A stretch of 64,000 bases of DNA from Eledone cirrhosa (taxonomy: Eukaryota): assembly GCA_964016885.1 (NCBI GenBank), contig OZ024746.1, forward strand, positions 73,222,001-73,286,000, read 5' to 3'. The position numbers were made by a program, and so were the translations under genes. A model generated the notes under the pieces. That model searched no databases. It was not told the origin of the DNA and was given only the letters and a program-made list of their open reading frames with translations. Of the stretch, positions 26,947 through 40,468 are shown piece after piece; the stretch's first letter is position 1; the number at the start of each line of letters is the position of its first letter.

Positions 26947-27692
26947 ATATAATGCTGGTGAGAATGTCCCACTGGCTGAATTACTCTATCGGTAGAGAAC
27001 TGTGAGATCCTGACTATATTCTAGATACCAGAGCCCCAATATTCGTTTTGTTTTCTTTAGCTAAGTTTGCAGATTTACCAAATAAATGAACTGTGGGAGA
27101 TCGTGCTTAAAAATGACACTAACAACTGATCACTATATAGAAATTTTTGCAACCGCTGTGATTATCTGCTTTTGCTTATCTTTTGCTTAAAGTACGTGTT
27201 CCTTTTTATTGATATTATATTTTTCTTTTCTTTATCTTTGTGATATTGAATATCTCCTTTTCGATTGAGCTGAGTAAATATAATATTTTAGCTTGTTATT
27301 TTTTTCAATTGTGTGTAGTATATTTTCTTTTTTTTATGTGGGTGGGTGTCTAAAGCAGACATGATTCTATTAGGACCAAGCCTCTTTCCCATCGATACAA
27401 CCATTGCTATGGCATAGATTAGATCATTCATTCCACTTTCATCCGGCTTCTTTTGTTTGTGTTTCGTTATTTACTTCGATATTTTCGCAGGTGTTGTACA
27501 CTGTTGAAACAATCTGTTCATGTACAATAAACTTATGAAATACAGAATATAAATACCGACTATACCAAATGGGATCTTTAAAGCATCAATCTCATCATTT
27601 GTATTGTTTAGTTTTGTCTTCGTATTGGATCGAATTGGATTTATTTCTGTTTTTACGGAGGTAATTTTACATGCTGGCTTTTAATATTATTA

Positions 27693-27870
27693 TCGGTATC
27701 GGTAGATGGTCGGACGCTTTGTAGCATAGAGTTACGCCCCTTTATGATCTCAGTTCAAATCCCACCGAAGTTAGCTTTGCTTTTCATCGTTACGGGGGTC
27801 GATAAAATAAAGTACCGGGAATGCACTGGTATAATTGCTGGCCTTGTGCCAGAAGTTGAAACAATATTAT
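27693..27870 (+). mobile_element. Family A SINE
   Basis: B box cagttcaaatccc, central domain and gaaacaata tail. Confidence 0.85.
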
Positions 27871-27939
27871 TATCACTTTGTCACGCAGTATAAATTATTT
27901 ATGCACCGGAGTATTTACTCTTTTGTCAAGTCACAACAA

Positions 27940-29365
27940 GGAACACAAACAGATGATACTTTCCTTAAATTATGCACAGTGCCTGGCAAGGCTGATTTTT
28001 ATATAGCACCAATCTTACATGATATGTTCAACCGCTTTCAGAAGTTTTGAAGTTTCAATGGGATTGACCCTTATCTCCCGATCACAACTGGTATCATTTT
28101 CACATTACCCTCTTGCATTGCAAACAATCTTGCCATTTCTACTTTCAATTCGGAATACTTGGTGATTTTCTCAATCTCTTTACTCGCAATATTCGTGTCA
28201 TTTGTTATGGCTACGTGTATGATCTAACAATATTTGTCTTCCTTGTTCAATACGACAATATCCGGTTGGCGATACTCAATTGTTCTATCAGTCTAGAAAT
28301 CATAATCCCAGAATATTTTTTTTGCTTTCACTCCCCCCCCCCCCCTCTGCATTACTTTACGAAGAACATGCTCATACTAAGTCATCCAGTCCAACCTTTT
28401 TGTTTGTCTACCCTGTCATTACGTTTATCTTTTCCCATATCTTTAATAAATTGGACATGCACACTTTTTTATTTTTACTTTCTTATCCCGTCTTCCTTCA
28501 TCTTCTGTTTGAATTCCTCTTTAATCAGTCAGTTTTTTCTGAGTCTATTATACCAGCTTATCTTACACCAGTCACGAACTTCTCATCGCTGTTTTTAATA
28601 TACCTACCGCTTCCAATGTATTTCTCACATGCAATAAGACCCCCGACCTCCAGTCTATCTACATCATTGTTTGTATTGAATGTTCCAAACATTGAAACAT
28701 TGCCAATTTCTTCCTAGTTTTCCGGTCTAATCCTTTGATCTCATCCTATGGCTACCTTAGGATTCCTGCTCCATATCACAAAACTGCAACTGCCCATGAG
28801 ATTTTGTTTCTCCAATTCAATTTCTATTTCAAGATCAGTCCCAACCTCCTGTAATATTCACTCGCATATAAGTCTTTCATCACAACCTCCTTTATCTTTT
28901 CCATTTTCCAAATCCAAAAGTTGCGTGTAATCCTTTTCAACTGTATTTCACCATCTGTCCATCAAGAAGCCTTGTCTCAACTTTACAGTCAACTTGCCTC
29001 TCTTCTTTACTAAGATGCCACAGTTCTTAATACCAAATTCCACGCCTCTATCTCTAACTAATGAGTCAATTTGGTTCTGGCTCTTTCCTAGAAGCTTAAC
29101 ATCATCAATGAATAGTAAATGGTTTATTTTCAGCTGATATCTGCACCATTCATATCTCATGTCCGTTTTTCCTCAGCAGCAACGAAAGAGATAACATGCA
29201 TAGCACAGACCAAAGAGGCGATAGGCTATTGCCTTGAAAAATTCCTCCTTTATGTTCATCTATCCTAGCACTGTCTCAAAAAGAGATCGTGTTTTTCATG
29301 TTGTCATACAGTTCTTTATAACTCTAGACACATTCTCCAAAATGCCAAACAACATCAGATACTTT
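27940..29365 (-). mobile_element. Decayed R4-like LINE (RT to RLE pieces)
   Basis: Minus strand FQGNSLSPL, INHLLFIDDVKL, EFGIKNCGIL, PGTVHNLRKV. Confidence 0.75.
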
Positions 29366-29385
29366 AATATCCAATTATATTATTG

Positions 29386-29712
29386 TTGTTCTGAGTTCAA
29401 ATCTCGCCGAGGTTAACTTTGCATTTCATCCTTACGGGGTCGATAAAATAAAGCACCAGTAATGCACCGGGGTAATTGCTGGCCTTGTGCCAGAAGTAGA
29501 AACATTATGATTATTATTATTATTATTATGCTTTGAAGCATAGAGTTATGACTGTTTACGTTCTGAGTTCAAATCCCGCCGAGGTTAGCTTTTCTTTTTA
29601 TCCTTACAGAGTCGAGAAAATAAAGCACCAGTAATGTACTGGGGTCGATTTAATCGACTTTCCCTTTCCTTATATATATAGCTGGCCTTGTGCCAAAAGT
29701 TGAAACAATAAT
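29386..29712 (+). mobile_element. Two 5'-truncated family A SINEs in tandem
   Basis: Two B boxes (gagttcaaatc) each followed by the central domain and tail. Confidence 0.85.
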
Positions 29713-30177
29713 TGTTTCTTGGTGTATTTTATTCATTCATATATATGTCTATATAATTATGAAGAGAGAAAGTATTTAGATACTCAGATTTCATATTTTC
29801 ATACCAAATGAATGCAAACTAAATGAAACGGGAATAAAATTAAATGAAATCATTACAAAATTATAGCTAATCTAAACCTAATTATTACTCAGCACAAAAG
29901 ACATATTATCATTTGCATACTATTAATATTCATGATATTTAAATAAGCTTGGAGCCTTGGAGCAAAATGTAAATATTTAATCTAAACACGAGGTATTTAT
30001 TATCAAGTCAAATACAATTACCTTTTCTCTGTTTTAATCTTTCCCTGGTTCCACTCAATAAAGGAGTAACCCCGAGAGGAATATTCTTAAACAAGAAAGC
30101 ATATTTATTGATTTATTTTTTGCAATATCTGAAATGATTAAGTCATTTATTAGGTTTTAACGGTTATAACGATTGTA

Positions 30178-31071
30178 CAAGGTGGTCAGAAAAGTTCCAG
30201 GACTGATGACACAAAAGATTTATTTCAAACCCAAACTTCACAATAAGGGTTTTCTCCTTCAAAGTAATCCCCCTGGAGTATGTAACTGTAATCTTAGCTC
30301 TCTGCAGCGATCAAACTTTTTTCTTCATAATTTTATATACATGTCTTCTGTTTCAGGTCGTCAAGCAATGAACACAGAGCAACGAACAAACTTGAAAACT
30401 CCGTCAGAAGCACTGGGATTGCTGCAGCAAGTGTATGAAGATGAGACGATGTCACGCTCACGTGTTTTTGAGTGGTCCAAGAGGTTTAAAGAAGGACGCG
30501 AGGGCGCGGAAGATGACTCCAGGAGTGGATGGCCCTCAACAACCAGGACAGAGGTCAACGTTGAGCGCGTCAGGCAGATGGTGCGTAGCGATCGTCGGCT
30601 GACTGTTCGACTGATGGCAAATGAGCTGGGCATGAATCGGGACAGCGTCTGGAAGATTCTCACTGAAGATTTGAACATGCGGAAAGTCTGCGCGAAGATG
30701 GTGCCAAAACTGCTGAACGATGACCAGAGGGTCGACGCATGCAAGTATGCCAGGACATCCTAGAGCGTCTTGAAACCGAACCAGACTTGCTAGGGACAGT
30801 CATCACCGGTGAATAGTCATGGATCTTCGAGTACGCCTCAGAGGGGACCTGTTTTGAAGACGTGGACGGCATCAAAAAAGCTGTGACGACGGAACTACAG
30901 AGGATCCTGGAAGAATCCTTCCAGGAGTGCATGCAATCGAGGCAGAAAAGGGTGGAAAAGTGCATTAGACTCCCGGGGGATTACTTTGAAGGAGAAAACT
31001 CTTAGTGTGAAGTTTGGGTTTGAAATAAATCTTTTGTGACATCAGTCCTGGAACTTTTCTGACCCACCTCG
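30178..31071 (+). mobile_element. Mariner DNA transposon, internally deleted; ~70-bp TIRs, TA TSD
   Basis: TIRs caaggtggtcagaaaagttccaggactgatgacacaaaagatttatttcaaacccaaacttcac at 30178-~30247 and ~31001-31071; TA at 30176-77 and 31072-73. Confidence 0.95.
30368..31005 (+). pseudogene. Mariner transposase pseudogene
   Basis: HTH region MSRSRVFEWSKRFKEGR..DRRLTVR..KVCAKMVPKLL; ITGE*SWIFEY fused directly to C-terminal GTCFEDVDGIK..CIRLPGDYFEG (most of the catalytic domain missing). Confidence 0.9.
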
Positions 31072-31431
31072 TATATAACATGGAATGAGCTAATTATTAG
31101 AAACAAGTGCAATCACAGAATGACGACGAAATATATCCAATCGTGTATCTTTGACAGAAAAATTCCTTCATATAACGCAGAATGATTTGCGATATGGTCC
31201 AAATCGAAATACTAAATACATGTGCATGATTTATTGATTACGGTTGGTGGATAGGAAATGTTAACGTAAAGTATCACCTGGATTACTGAAGAACTGAATT
31301 AAATATATTATGTAGTCAACACTCTGTTCACGTAGGTTTGCGCATATGTATGTATGTATGTATGTATATATATGTACGTATGTATGTACGTACGTACGTA
31401 TGAATGTATGTTCTAGTTTTATTATTTTATG

Positions 31432-31813
31432 TGGGCGGTGGATTGGCAGTATCGGTAGAGGGTCGGACGCCATGCTTTCCAGCATAGTTACGTCCCTTTA
31501 CGATCTGAGTTCAAATCCCGCCGAGGTTGACTTTGCCTTTCATCCTTACGGGGTCGATAAAATAAAGTACCAGTAATGCACTGGTGAATTGCTGGCCTTG
31601 TGCCTAAAGTAGAAACAATTATTTTATGTGAATAGGCAGTATCGGTAGAAGGTCGGACGCCATGCTTTGACGCATAGAGTTGCGGCCTTTGCCATTCTGA
31701 GTTCAAATCGCGCCGAGGTTAACTTTGTCTTTCATCTTTACGGGGTCGATAAAGTAAAGTACCAGTAATGCACTGGGTAATTGCTGGCCTTGTGCCAATA
31801 GTAGAAACAATTA
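31432..31813 (+). mobile_element. Two tandem family A SINEs
   Basis: Copies ~31432-31622 and ~31631-31813; attattttat repeated at all three junctions. Confidence 0.9.
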
Positions 31814-31964
31814 TTTTATAAATTTCCACCAATAGAGAGTCAGTTTCTTATATAGAAACAAGGCTCTTTCTTTGGTATTTAGACAACATCAAGTAGGTAA
31901 ATTACTAACAAAATTATGAGGCTGCTTTGAATCGACACAATTCCAGTCATTAATGAATATGTGA

Positions 31965-32026
<62 letters not shown>

Positions 32027-32250
32027 GTAGGAGGTGAGTTTTATTGTAGTACAATAAAGCAATGCAGATATCGGATAAAATATGTTGATTTAAAACTGCA
32101 CTATCCACAAGTGTTTTTTAGCCTTCATATCATGTTCTCCTGTTTTATTTGATGAAAACACAAATATTATTGCATGATGATGTTTGTTTTTGAAATGCGC
32201 ATAATAAAATATATGGAACTCCTTTAACCACCTTTTGATCTTATATTATA

Positions 32251-32317
<67 letters not shown>

Positions 32318-32349
32318 TAAATGTTCACTCTACTTGGCTGAATACAAAT

Positions 32350-32533
32350 AATGTAATCTGAGTTTTTCGAATATTACTAATAATATTCGATTCGTTTTCA
32401 AGTATGCAAACAAGCCTCAAGTGCAAGAATGAGGGGCTCATTCTACGGATATGGCTTTAAAAGTGAGGCTTGTTTGCATAATTGCAAACGAATCAAATAT
32501 TATTATTAGTATTCGAAAAACTCAGATTACATT
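32350..32533. repeat. Fold-back inverted repeat between (TA)n tracts (arms ~32350-32418 and ~32464-32533)
   Basis: atgtaatctgagtttttcgaata...aaacaagcctca versus tgaggcttgttt...tattcgaaaaactcagattacat. Confidence 0.85.
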
Positions 32534-32577
<44 letters not shown>

Positions 32578-33219
32578 TAAAAGGAAAAGAAAATGCTGAC
32601 AAATTGTTCCCAGTGAAAAATAGTTTAATTAGAAATAAGTAAAAATTAGTAATAAGTATTGGTTAGTATTCAGTTTTGGTTTTAAGTTTTTACCGGTTGC
32701 GCATTTCTAATGCTTTTCAAAAATAATTTGGAGATAGAGCGCTCGTGATGTTTGCTCTAATCTGATTAGTTTTGGAAATTCTACCTGTTTTACGTGAAGA
32801 AAGTGGCTCCAGATGTATTAAAATAAGTTTTGTGCCAATTCGTGTTGCAAAAATTCTTGTGGTCAAAACAATTTTGATTGGTCGGTAGAGGTGATGTGAA
32901 TATTAAAAATTGATTTTGCGTCAAATGTCGGTTTGTCTCGGCTGATTGAGAAGTCACTGAAAAATAAGTCTTTTAAGACAAATATGTGTGTGTGTGTGTA
33001 GTAGTAGTAAAGAGGTTCATTGTTGTGATAATGGTCAGTAGGGATGTGTGTGTGAATTGCAGTTCAGGTGCCTATTAAGACAAGTCTGTGTGTGTGTGTG
33101 TGTGTGTGGCAGAGTAATTCGTGGTAGAGGGATCGGTCAGTAGGAATGTGTCTGTAAGTGTGTGGGGGATATTTTAACATGTTAAAAGATATTTTTCAGC
33201 TCTTGTCTTATACGGAGAA

Positions 33220-33255
<36 letters not shown>

Positions 33256-33529
33256 CTCTTTGTATGTTAGTGTACGCGTGTGTGTGTGTATATATGTGTG
33301 TGTGTGTGTATATGTGTGTATGTGTGTGTGTGTGTGGGTGGTGCAGTATTTTTATGATACTTGTAAAAATGGTGTACATTATTCGATATTTTCAGTAAAA
33401 ACGATTCTCTCAATAGAACATCAAAAACCTTAATAATAAAAGGTGTGAGTGTCCAGATTGTACGTACTGCAAGGGGAATCCATTAGGCGCTGCTGTATTG
33501 GAATACTTGTGTACAAATATGTATGTGCC

Positions 33530-33702
33530 CATGAGGGGGTTGTGTGTGGAGATGTATGGAAGAGCTTTTAGTTTTGGTTGATTTACTTTAGGGTGTCTAA
33601 GGTCCTGGGAACTGAGTTTTAGGGCACGTTGGATTCCATTGTCAATTAGTGATGCAGGGTAGTCCCTGCCTATGAGTGTGTCCTTTAGTTCTTGTAGCCG
33701 TA
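33530..33702 (-). mobile_element. Penelope-like element fragment (RT C-terminal/linker)
   Basis: RLQELKDTLIGRDYPASLIDNGIQRA..LPYISTHNP resembles the PLE region between RT thumb and GIY-YIG. Confidence 0.7.
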
Positions 33703-33772
33703 TATATATATATATACGGCTACAAGAACTAAAGGACATATATATATATATATATACGGCTACAAGAACTAA

Positions 33773-33842
<70 letters not shown>

Positions 33843-33845
<3 letters not shown>

Positions 33846-34150
33846 GATATATTAACAAATGGAAACTATATTTATAAAACCATATTTATTTCATTATACA
33901 TATTTCAAGGACACCAAGTTAAATTATGGTGTGCTTTCATCAGATAAAATATAATATAGGTCAGTTTTATAAATAAATATTGACATACCCTTAAAGAATG
34001 CGACCATTTCTGTTGGAGCTTCCAATATGTATAATGAAATAAATATGGTTTTATAAATATAGTTTCCATTTGTTAATATATCGTATTTTTACTCCAATAA
34101 TTTGTTGAGTGCTTTATATCAGTTATAAAAATATTTGCTTGTTGTATCCC
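33843..34150. mobile_element. Module family E with partial inverted copy (33843-33903 versus 34024-34085); related copy at 43064-43290
   Basis: tacgatatattaacaaatggaaactata...attatacatatt reverse-complemented on the other side; bounded by (TA)n. Confidence 0.85.
33893..33946 (-). ncRNA. Hammerhead ribozyme motif
   Basis: Minus strand CTGATGA-AAG-C-ACACCA-loop-TGGTGT-C-CTT-GAAA-TATGTATA-AT, then AATAAA. Confidence 0.7.
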
Positions 34151-34170
34151 AACAATTTAAATAGAACTTC

Positions 34171-34298
<128 letters not shown>

Positions 34299-34409
34299 AG
34301 AGAGTACTGCAAAATCAAAACGCTTTTTTTTGCGAAGAATGAACTCTGGCGTGAACTTACCTCCAAAAACACTTTCCGGGCCATGTAAGGAACATTTTTA
34401 GTTATTTAT

Positions 34410-34446
34410 GTCCTTGAGAATCCCATCCGGACGAAACGTACGTAGG
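34410..34446 (+). ncRNA. Hammerhead 3' part (core eroded)
   Basis: GTCC-loop-GGAC-GAAA-CGTAC-GTA-GG with palindrome ACGTACGT; AATAAA at ~34457. Confidence 0.5.
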
Positions 34447-34615
34447 TGCTGTTTTAAATAAACATGTATTAACGGTCTGTTCTCCTATTTCTTACTTTTC
34501 TACGTATATATATATATATATATATATGTAAAAGGTAAACAGAAACCACAACACAATCGGTACAGTATATGGAAGGGATATATTAGGTTAACGCTTGATA
34601 TAGCTGGAAGAGGGT

Positions 34616-34654
34616 CTTTTTAACGTTTCGGACGCTAGTCCTTCATCAGAAGAA
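34616..34654 (-). ncRNA. Minimal hammerhead ribozyme
   Basis: Minus strand TT-CTGATGA-A-GGAC-TAGC-GTCC-GAAA-CG-TTA-AA; palindrome AACGTT. Confidence 0.8.
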
Positions 34655-35506
34655 AGAATGAGAAATAAGATAGATTGAGGCGACGGGCGGGATAGAATTG
34701 GAAAAAATGTCTTTAGATAAAAATAACAGGCCCATTCATTAACGCCAACGACCTGAGACAAACTCACATGCAAGAAGAATCTCCGGTCAAGGCTTCACAT
34801 GTGACATTCACATCTATTGACTGGCATTGTTCCAAGTAGCAATATCACGTCCGTTGTATTTACACTGAATTGCATTTATTTTTATTGGGATTTTGTACTT
34901 GCATTCTTCATATTTAAAGGTGTGATAAATGTTGATTCTAATGTGCTTTTGTTATGTCCATCAAATCAATCCTTCTCGCGATAAAGCATTGTAAATGGGT
35001 TTGGCAACAATGCCATGCCTTGTAGGAAGGTAGTATTTTGCGTATATTATGAGACAGCTGATTTTCTATCACACCGTTGAGGCTTAGACACATCATTATC
35101 TCTTTTATCGATTAGGTACTTAATAGATATCATGAGTTTGAGAATAGTGCAGGCGTGTCATTTTAAGTGGTATGTATGGAAGTATGTATGTTATCTCTTT
35201 CTCTTAATTTCGAGTATATTTTTTTGACCGGCCATCTTCCTGGTGGCAAGGTTGTAAAAGAAAAGAAATTGTCATCCTTGAATCGCAATGTTTTGCAAAT
35301 TTTGAAGGTGCCAGCTATCGCAGCCATTTGTAGACTATGAATTAGGGAGCTGCGCTCTTTGTCCGCAAATCAAAGTTCAGTCATACTTTGGTCCAAGCGC
35401 GTTGGTATATAACCCGTAGCTCCAATAATGATGGGTATGAAGCTAAAAGTGTATCTTGGATACTGGATTTGCAAACTCCTCATCAATGGTCCGTAGATGT
35501 CCTCCT

Positions 35507-35539
<33 letters not shown>

Positions 35540-35709
35540 ATGTATGTATGTATGTATGTAGGGGAGTATGTATGTATGTATGTATGTATGTATGTATGTA
35601 TGTATGTATGTATGTATGTATGTATGTATGCATGCATGTCAGTGTGTGTGTGTGTATGTGTGTATGTATACATGTATGTATGTATGTATGTATGTATTTA
35701 TGCATATTT

Positions 35710-35930
35710 GAAGGCGTGTGGCTGAGTGGTTAGAGAATTGGATTCGCAATCGTAAGGTTGTGAGTTCGATTCCTGGACCAGGCGATGCGTTATGTCCTTG
35801 AGCAAGACACTTTATTTTACGTTGCTCCTTCTACCTGGAGTTGCGACCGATAGATAGTATTAGCAATTGGAAAGACCAACGGAAACATTGTTCTCTCGGT
35901 CCGATTTGACGAAAGTCGATCGTTAAAAAT
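35710..35930 (+). mobile_element. tRNA-derived CORE-type SINE
   Basis: A box TGGCTGAGTGG, B box GAGTTCGATTCC, CORE-like tgtccttgagcaagacactt; near-identical copy on minus strand at 50443-50636. Confidence 0.85.
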
Positions 35931-35944
35931 GCATGCATGTATAT

Positions 35945-36385
35945 ATAATGGTGTAAGACTTTTCATGAATCTGCTTAGGAAATGATTAACATTAAGCGTG
36001 CAGGTCAGAAAGGCCAGCATGTAGAGATCTCTGTACCTCAGTTTGTATGCAATCTCTGTGGTAGAATATGCCTATCTAAAGCAGCTTATAAAAGTCAACT
36101 ACGTAGCCAAAGGTCGAATATGACTAATCCCTTTCAGTCAATTTGACATGTGGTACATGTGGCAGAGAAATAATACGCCAGGACATACGAGGCATTCAAA
36201 AGTACATAATCATGTTCCTGATCATACTGAAGTGCCGAATGATGGAATGAGCGAATTCCAATGTTTGTTATGCAACAAAACATGCAAGTTCCTAGCACGC
36301 TTTAAAAGCCAATGCAAGTCTCAATCACCAATAGAGATATATTTTTGGCGGAATGCCCTTACTCATCTAACGAGTTCCGGCCAGT
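35945..36385 (+). mobile_element. RTE-type LINE 3' end with C2H2 zinc-finger remnants
   Basis: FVCNLCGRICLSKAAYKSQLRS and FQCLLCNKTCKFLARFKSQ, followed by (TATG)n. Confidence 0.6.
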
Positions 36386-36424
36386 ATGTATGTATGTATG
36401 TATGTATGTATGTATGTATGTATG

Positions 36425-36838
36425 TATCCGGGAGAGATGACCCCTTAGCCTTTGTCAAGGCAGAATTCTAGGAGAAGGAAAACTCTGATATAACACCTGC
36501 AACCCTGATGGTATCCAATGATGTTGACTTGTTCTTCTTTTTGGTAAATATCATCTTGGTTAAGAGAGTGGGACTGGCTTTGTGCAGTGCCTTTGCTCAC
36601 TATAAAATCTTCACGGCACAGGCATTACTTTATATCTGGAGATCTCTGCACTTGTCGTCACATGGTACCATGGGCCCAGCACTATGTGTCAATAATTGTC
36701 ACAAGTGTAGTGTTTGTACCAGAGTTTTCAAGTTGTTGGCTGGACTAAAAAGTCACACTCGTTCAGAGCATCGGTAGGGGTTCTCCTACATGGATATAAA
36801 GTAGTGGCCATACTCGAAAACGAGTTGGCAGCCACCAT
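36425..36838 (+). mobile_element. Non-autonomous RTE-derived element (5' leader fused to zinc-finger 3' end)
   Basis: ~410 bp nearly identical to the minus-strand copy at 56637-57045; 3' peptide CSVCTRVFKLLAGLKSHTRSEHR. Confidence 0.8.
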
Positions 36839-36886
36839 GTATGTATGTATTTATGTATGTATATATGTATGCGCGCGCACGCGCGC

Positions 36887-36923
<37 letters not shown>

Positions 36924-37323
36924 CTGGTTTTATAATTTTAAAAATGTTTACCAATACAGAGAGAGTCAGTTTCTAACATAACACAATACTCGCTCATTGG
37001 AATTTAAACAATATCAACTCGGTAGATATGTCTGCATGTCTGCATGCATGCATGTTATTGTTTGTGTGGATGTGGATGTTTTGAGTTATATGTGTGCATG
37101 TGCATATGCTTTGCATCTGTACATGTGTTCATGCAGTTATTAGATGCAGAATTTTTGGAATGTTTTACATATTTTTACTGTTCTATTAATGGATTGTACT
37201 TGTGTGTAGGTATGCATGTATGTGCCTAACTCCCTATGTATGAATGCACTGGCAGACGTATGTGTGTGTCTGCGTGTGCATGCACTGTTTATATACTGTA
37301 TATATATACTGTATATATATACA

Positions 37324-37391
<68 letters not shown>

Positions 37392-38189
37392 ATGTTTTTA
37401 TAGCTACACATGATTATGTATTCCCTGTAAATGCTATACATTTGGAATGTCTTACATGTGTCTTCAGTTTTATTAATGGCTTGTAATTGCAATTTTCTAA
37501 TTAGTCTACCTCTTTCAGGTTTTGTTGAATACATCTTATGGTTAGTGATGAGGTAGTTCGCTGCATAACGGGTTTTACCAATAAATCGAGTTATAAATCG
37601 AAAGTTATATGTCAGATATATTAACCGTTAATTTCTCATTACCATACTACAGACACTTGTTAAAATCTAATGGACAAATGATTTCCATTACTGCTCTCTC
37701 ACACTTTGTTTCTGTCTTATATCATTAGGTCTGGTCTGTTATGCAGACATTTTAACAGGAATATTCCATAACCATTCGTTCTTATTATGGTTTGGTATAT
37801 CCTCTAGATCACTGAGACTTTCTATAATTTGACCTCCTGAACTATTCTTTTAATGAATGTATATATGTATGTATGTAGTACGTACGTATGTATGTACGTA
37901 TGCTGGTATATAAACATACATCAATGTGTGCATACTTACATGCATGCAGTAGTCTCTATAAATATATACATGTATAGTAATCAAGAAAATGGCTCACATT
38001 TCTTCTAATATCGATTTAACAAGGAAATGTATTTTCAGCATGAGTTTAGAGACGCATTCCTATATTTTTAATGTTTGGAAAATGCAATCTAAACAAGATA
38101 ACATCTCCAATATAATTATTAATAAAAGAAAAAGTTAAAGCTTGTCTCAAGCCATCAGACTCATCAGGTTGCTGTTTATTCCTGGTTTC

Positions 38190-38420
38190 ATTTTTCATCA
38201 GTGTAAAGCGACGGAAACTTTTTCCTAGACAAGACGTCAGTCCATTGCAGGCTTAACTTTCAGCTGATGCTGGTATTCATTTTCAGCTGAGCGCACTGGG
38301 GCAACATGAAATGAAAGGTATTGCTAAAATAACACAACGCACCACGTGATCCTCGAATCAAACCCACGACATTGTGATCACAAGTTCAACAACTCAAACA
38401 TTAGACTATGCCCCTTCACA
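38190..38420 (-). mobile_element. Old SINE (CORE-like)
   Basis: Minus strand gtgggtttgattcgagg B-box-like motif and atgttgccccagtgcgctcagctgaaaatgaatacc. Confidence 0.5.
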
Positions 38421-38846
38421 AAGTAGTTATACGATAATTTCGATGATGGCATGGTTATATAAAAACATACAATCTCACATGCATAGACATAAACGTAGGG
38501 GTACCTCAACAGTATAGAACAGTATTTATGTTTGAAATCAATATATGTAAATTTGATAATCCATTGATATATTATATTTCTTTTACTTTGAAATCTTTCC
38601 TGTAAGGTAACCGACTGATAAGCATGGAGTCATTTTCTAATACACTTCACTCACTCGTTCACCGACGCTATTTTGTACTGTTTCTATAATGGTCTCTGTT
38701 ACTTGGAACTAACTGCTATCGCTTCAAGCCAATAGCACACACTCCTTTTTTTCACATTTTTCTCAACTCTACTGCTTTTCATCACCTCTTGTATCCTACA
38801 GTAACACATCTATTCTTCTCAAATCACCAGTCGCCTGGAATTTCTT

Positions 38847-38900
38847 CCTGTCCATGTTTTCCTGTCCATGTTTTCCTGTCCATGTTTTCCTGTCCATGTT
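38847..38900. repeat. Minisatellite (cctgtccatgtttt) x4
   Basis: Four tandem 14-15-bp units. Confidence 0.9.
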
Positions 38901-39271
38901 TATAGATGAACATCAATAGTACCGATCTCACTAAACGCAGGAAGTCTTAAAAATTAACGAGAACGTCTCCTTCCTTTTTACTATAAAAAGAGAAGCCAAC
39001 CCAGTCTATATGATTGCCAGAAAAGGAGACCTGTGGTCTCGACAAGAACGCTTGTCGAACGATGAAATCTTGGTTCACATAAGCATGTTTTCCAGCATAC
39101 AGATTTAAACGCCATTCCAAATAGATAACTTTGTACTTTACAAATTCTAATAATCTTTAATATGTTAGGTGTTTTCTATTACGATCAAATAAAAAATATT
39201 AACAAAAACTCCACAGAAACACAGATATTTCAGAATCAACAGCAAGAATAAATTATGAAGTAACGTTATTA

Positions 39272-39460
39272 TTGGATTGGCAGTATCGATAGAGGGTTGG
39301 ATGCCATACTTTGCGGTATAGAGTTACGGCCCTTTACCGTCAGAGTTCAAATCCCGCCGAGGTTAACTTTGTCTTTCATCCTTACGGGGTCGATAAAATA
39401 AAGCACCAGTAATGCACTGGGATAATTGCTGGCCTTGAGCCAAAAGTAGAAACAATTATT
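39272..39460 (+). mobile_element. Family A SINE
   Basis: Full A box, B box, central domain and tail. Confidence 0.9.
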
Positions 39461-40421
39461 ATCTTTCTCACAGGAACAAATCAGAAGAGAATATATTAAA
39501 CAAATATCAGCCCTCTAGACATAAACGTGAACCTTATAACCATAAAGCAAACGTATTTTTGAATACAATAGTGACGGACAATAAGCCTATTTTATCACAC
39601 ACAACATTCAAGTCACAATTTATTTTAAGTTTCATGCTAATTAGAGAATTTTTCAGATAGATGTGATTCGAGTTAAGATCTCTCTCGATTGACGGCTTTA
39701 TTTAAATGCAGCAGGTTATTAATTTTTGTTTTAGCGTAATCAACAGTAAAGTGTTGTGCATTTAATCGGGGTCCATTGTTCAATTATCTCATGCATTTGC
39801 GATCTTGAGTTTATTTGAAATAAAATTTTAAAAAACAACTATTTTTTACCTATCAGCCACAGATCTGGTAGTCGTTGATGCATTCTAAACTTTTTAAACA
39901 CTGTCCTAAATTTTCTATTCCATATAGGACTGGAAAACACTTTGATTTCCCTATTTTCTTCATTTTGTAAATATGAAATGTTTGTTATTAAGGTTTTCAA
40001 AATTTCCCTCAGCCTTTTTTATGTAGCATTCTATAGTGATGTCATTATTATTCATTACTGTGTTTACTTTATCGAAATCGACTACTAGTATTTTATCCAT
40101 CGTGAATATTAGCCGTAGGCTTTGAATGTGCACTATTATAAATTTCCATAGAATTCTTGTGTCGTTTAGACAGTTCAAATGTTATGATTTATCGAGGCGC
40201 TTAGTTGAAATTTGAAAATATTGATATCCAAACAGAGTCGTTATAATTATAATGATAACAGTGTTAAAAACATCTGGTAAAATGCCCTTAAGGACCGAAA
40301 ATGAGTAGACAGCAGCCACTATAAAGAATCGAAATCTGTATCTCTTGAATTCCAGCCAATTGCGTTACTTTACGACAAATGGCAGCTGACATCAGTTCCT
40401 GTGTATAATATATATATATAC

Positions 40422-40468
<47 letters not shown>

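Noticed and set aside
38143-38170. Minus strand CTGATGA-GTCT..AGAC hairpin
   Set aside because: Followed by AAGC rather than GAAA; no stem III
39850-40178. Non-repetitive minus-strand ORF and possible exon MNRKFRTVFKKFRMHQRLPDLWLI ending at a GT
   Set aside because: No recognisable domain or supporting neighbouring exons
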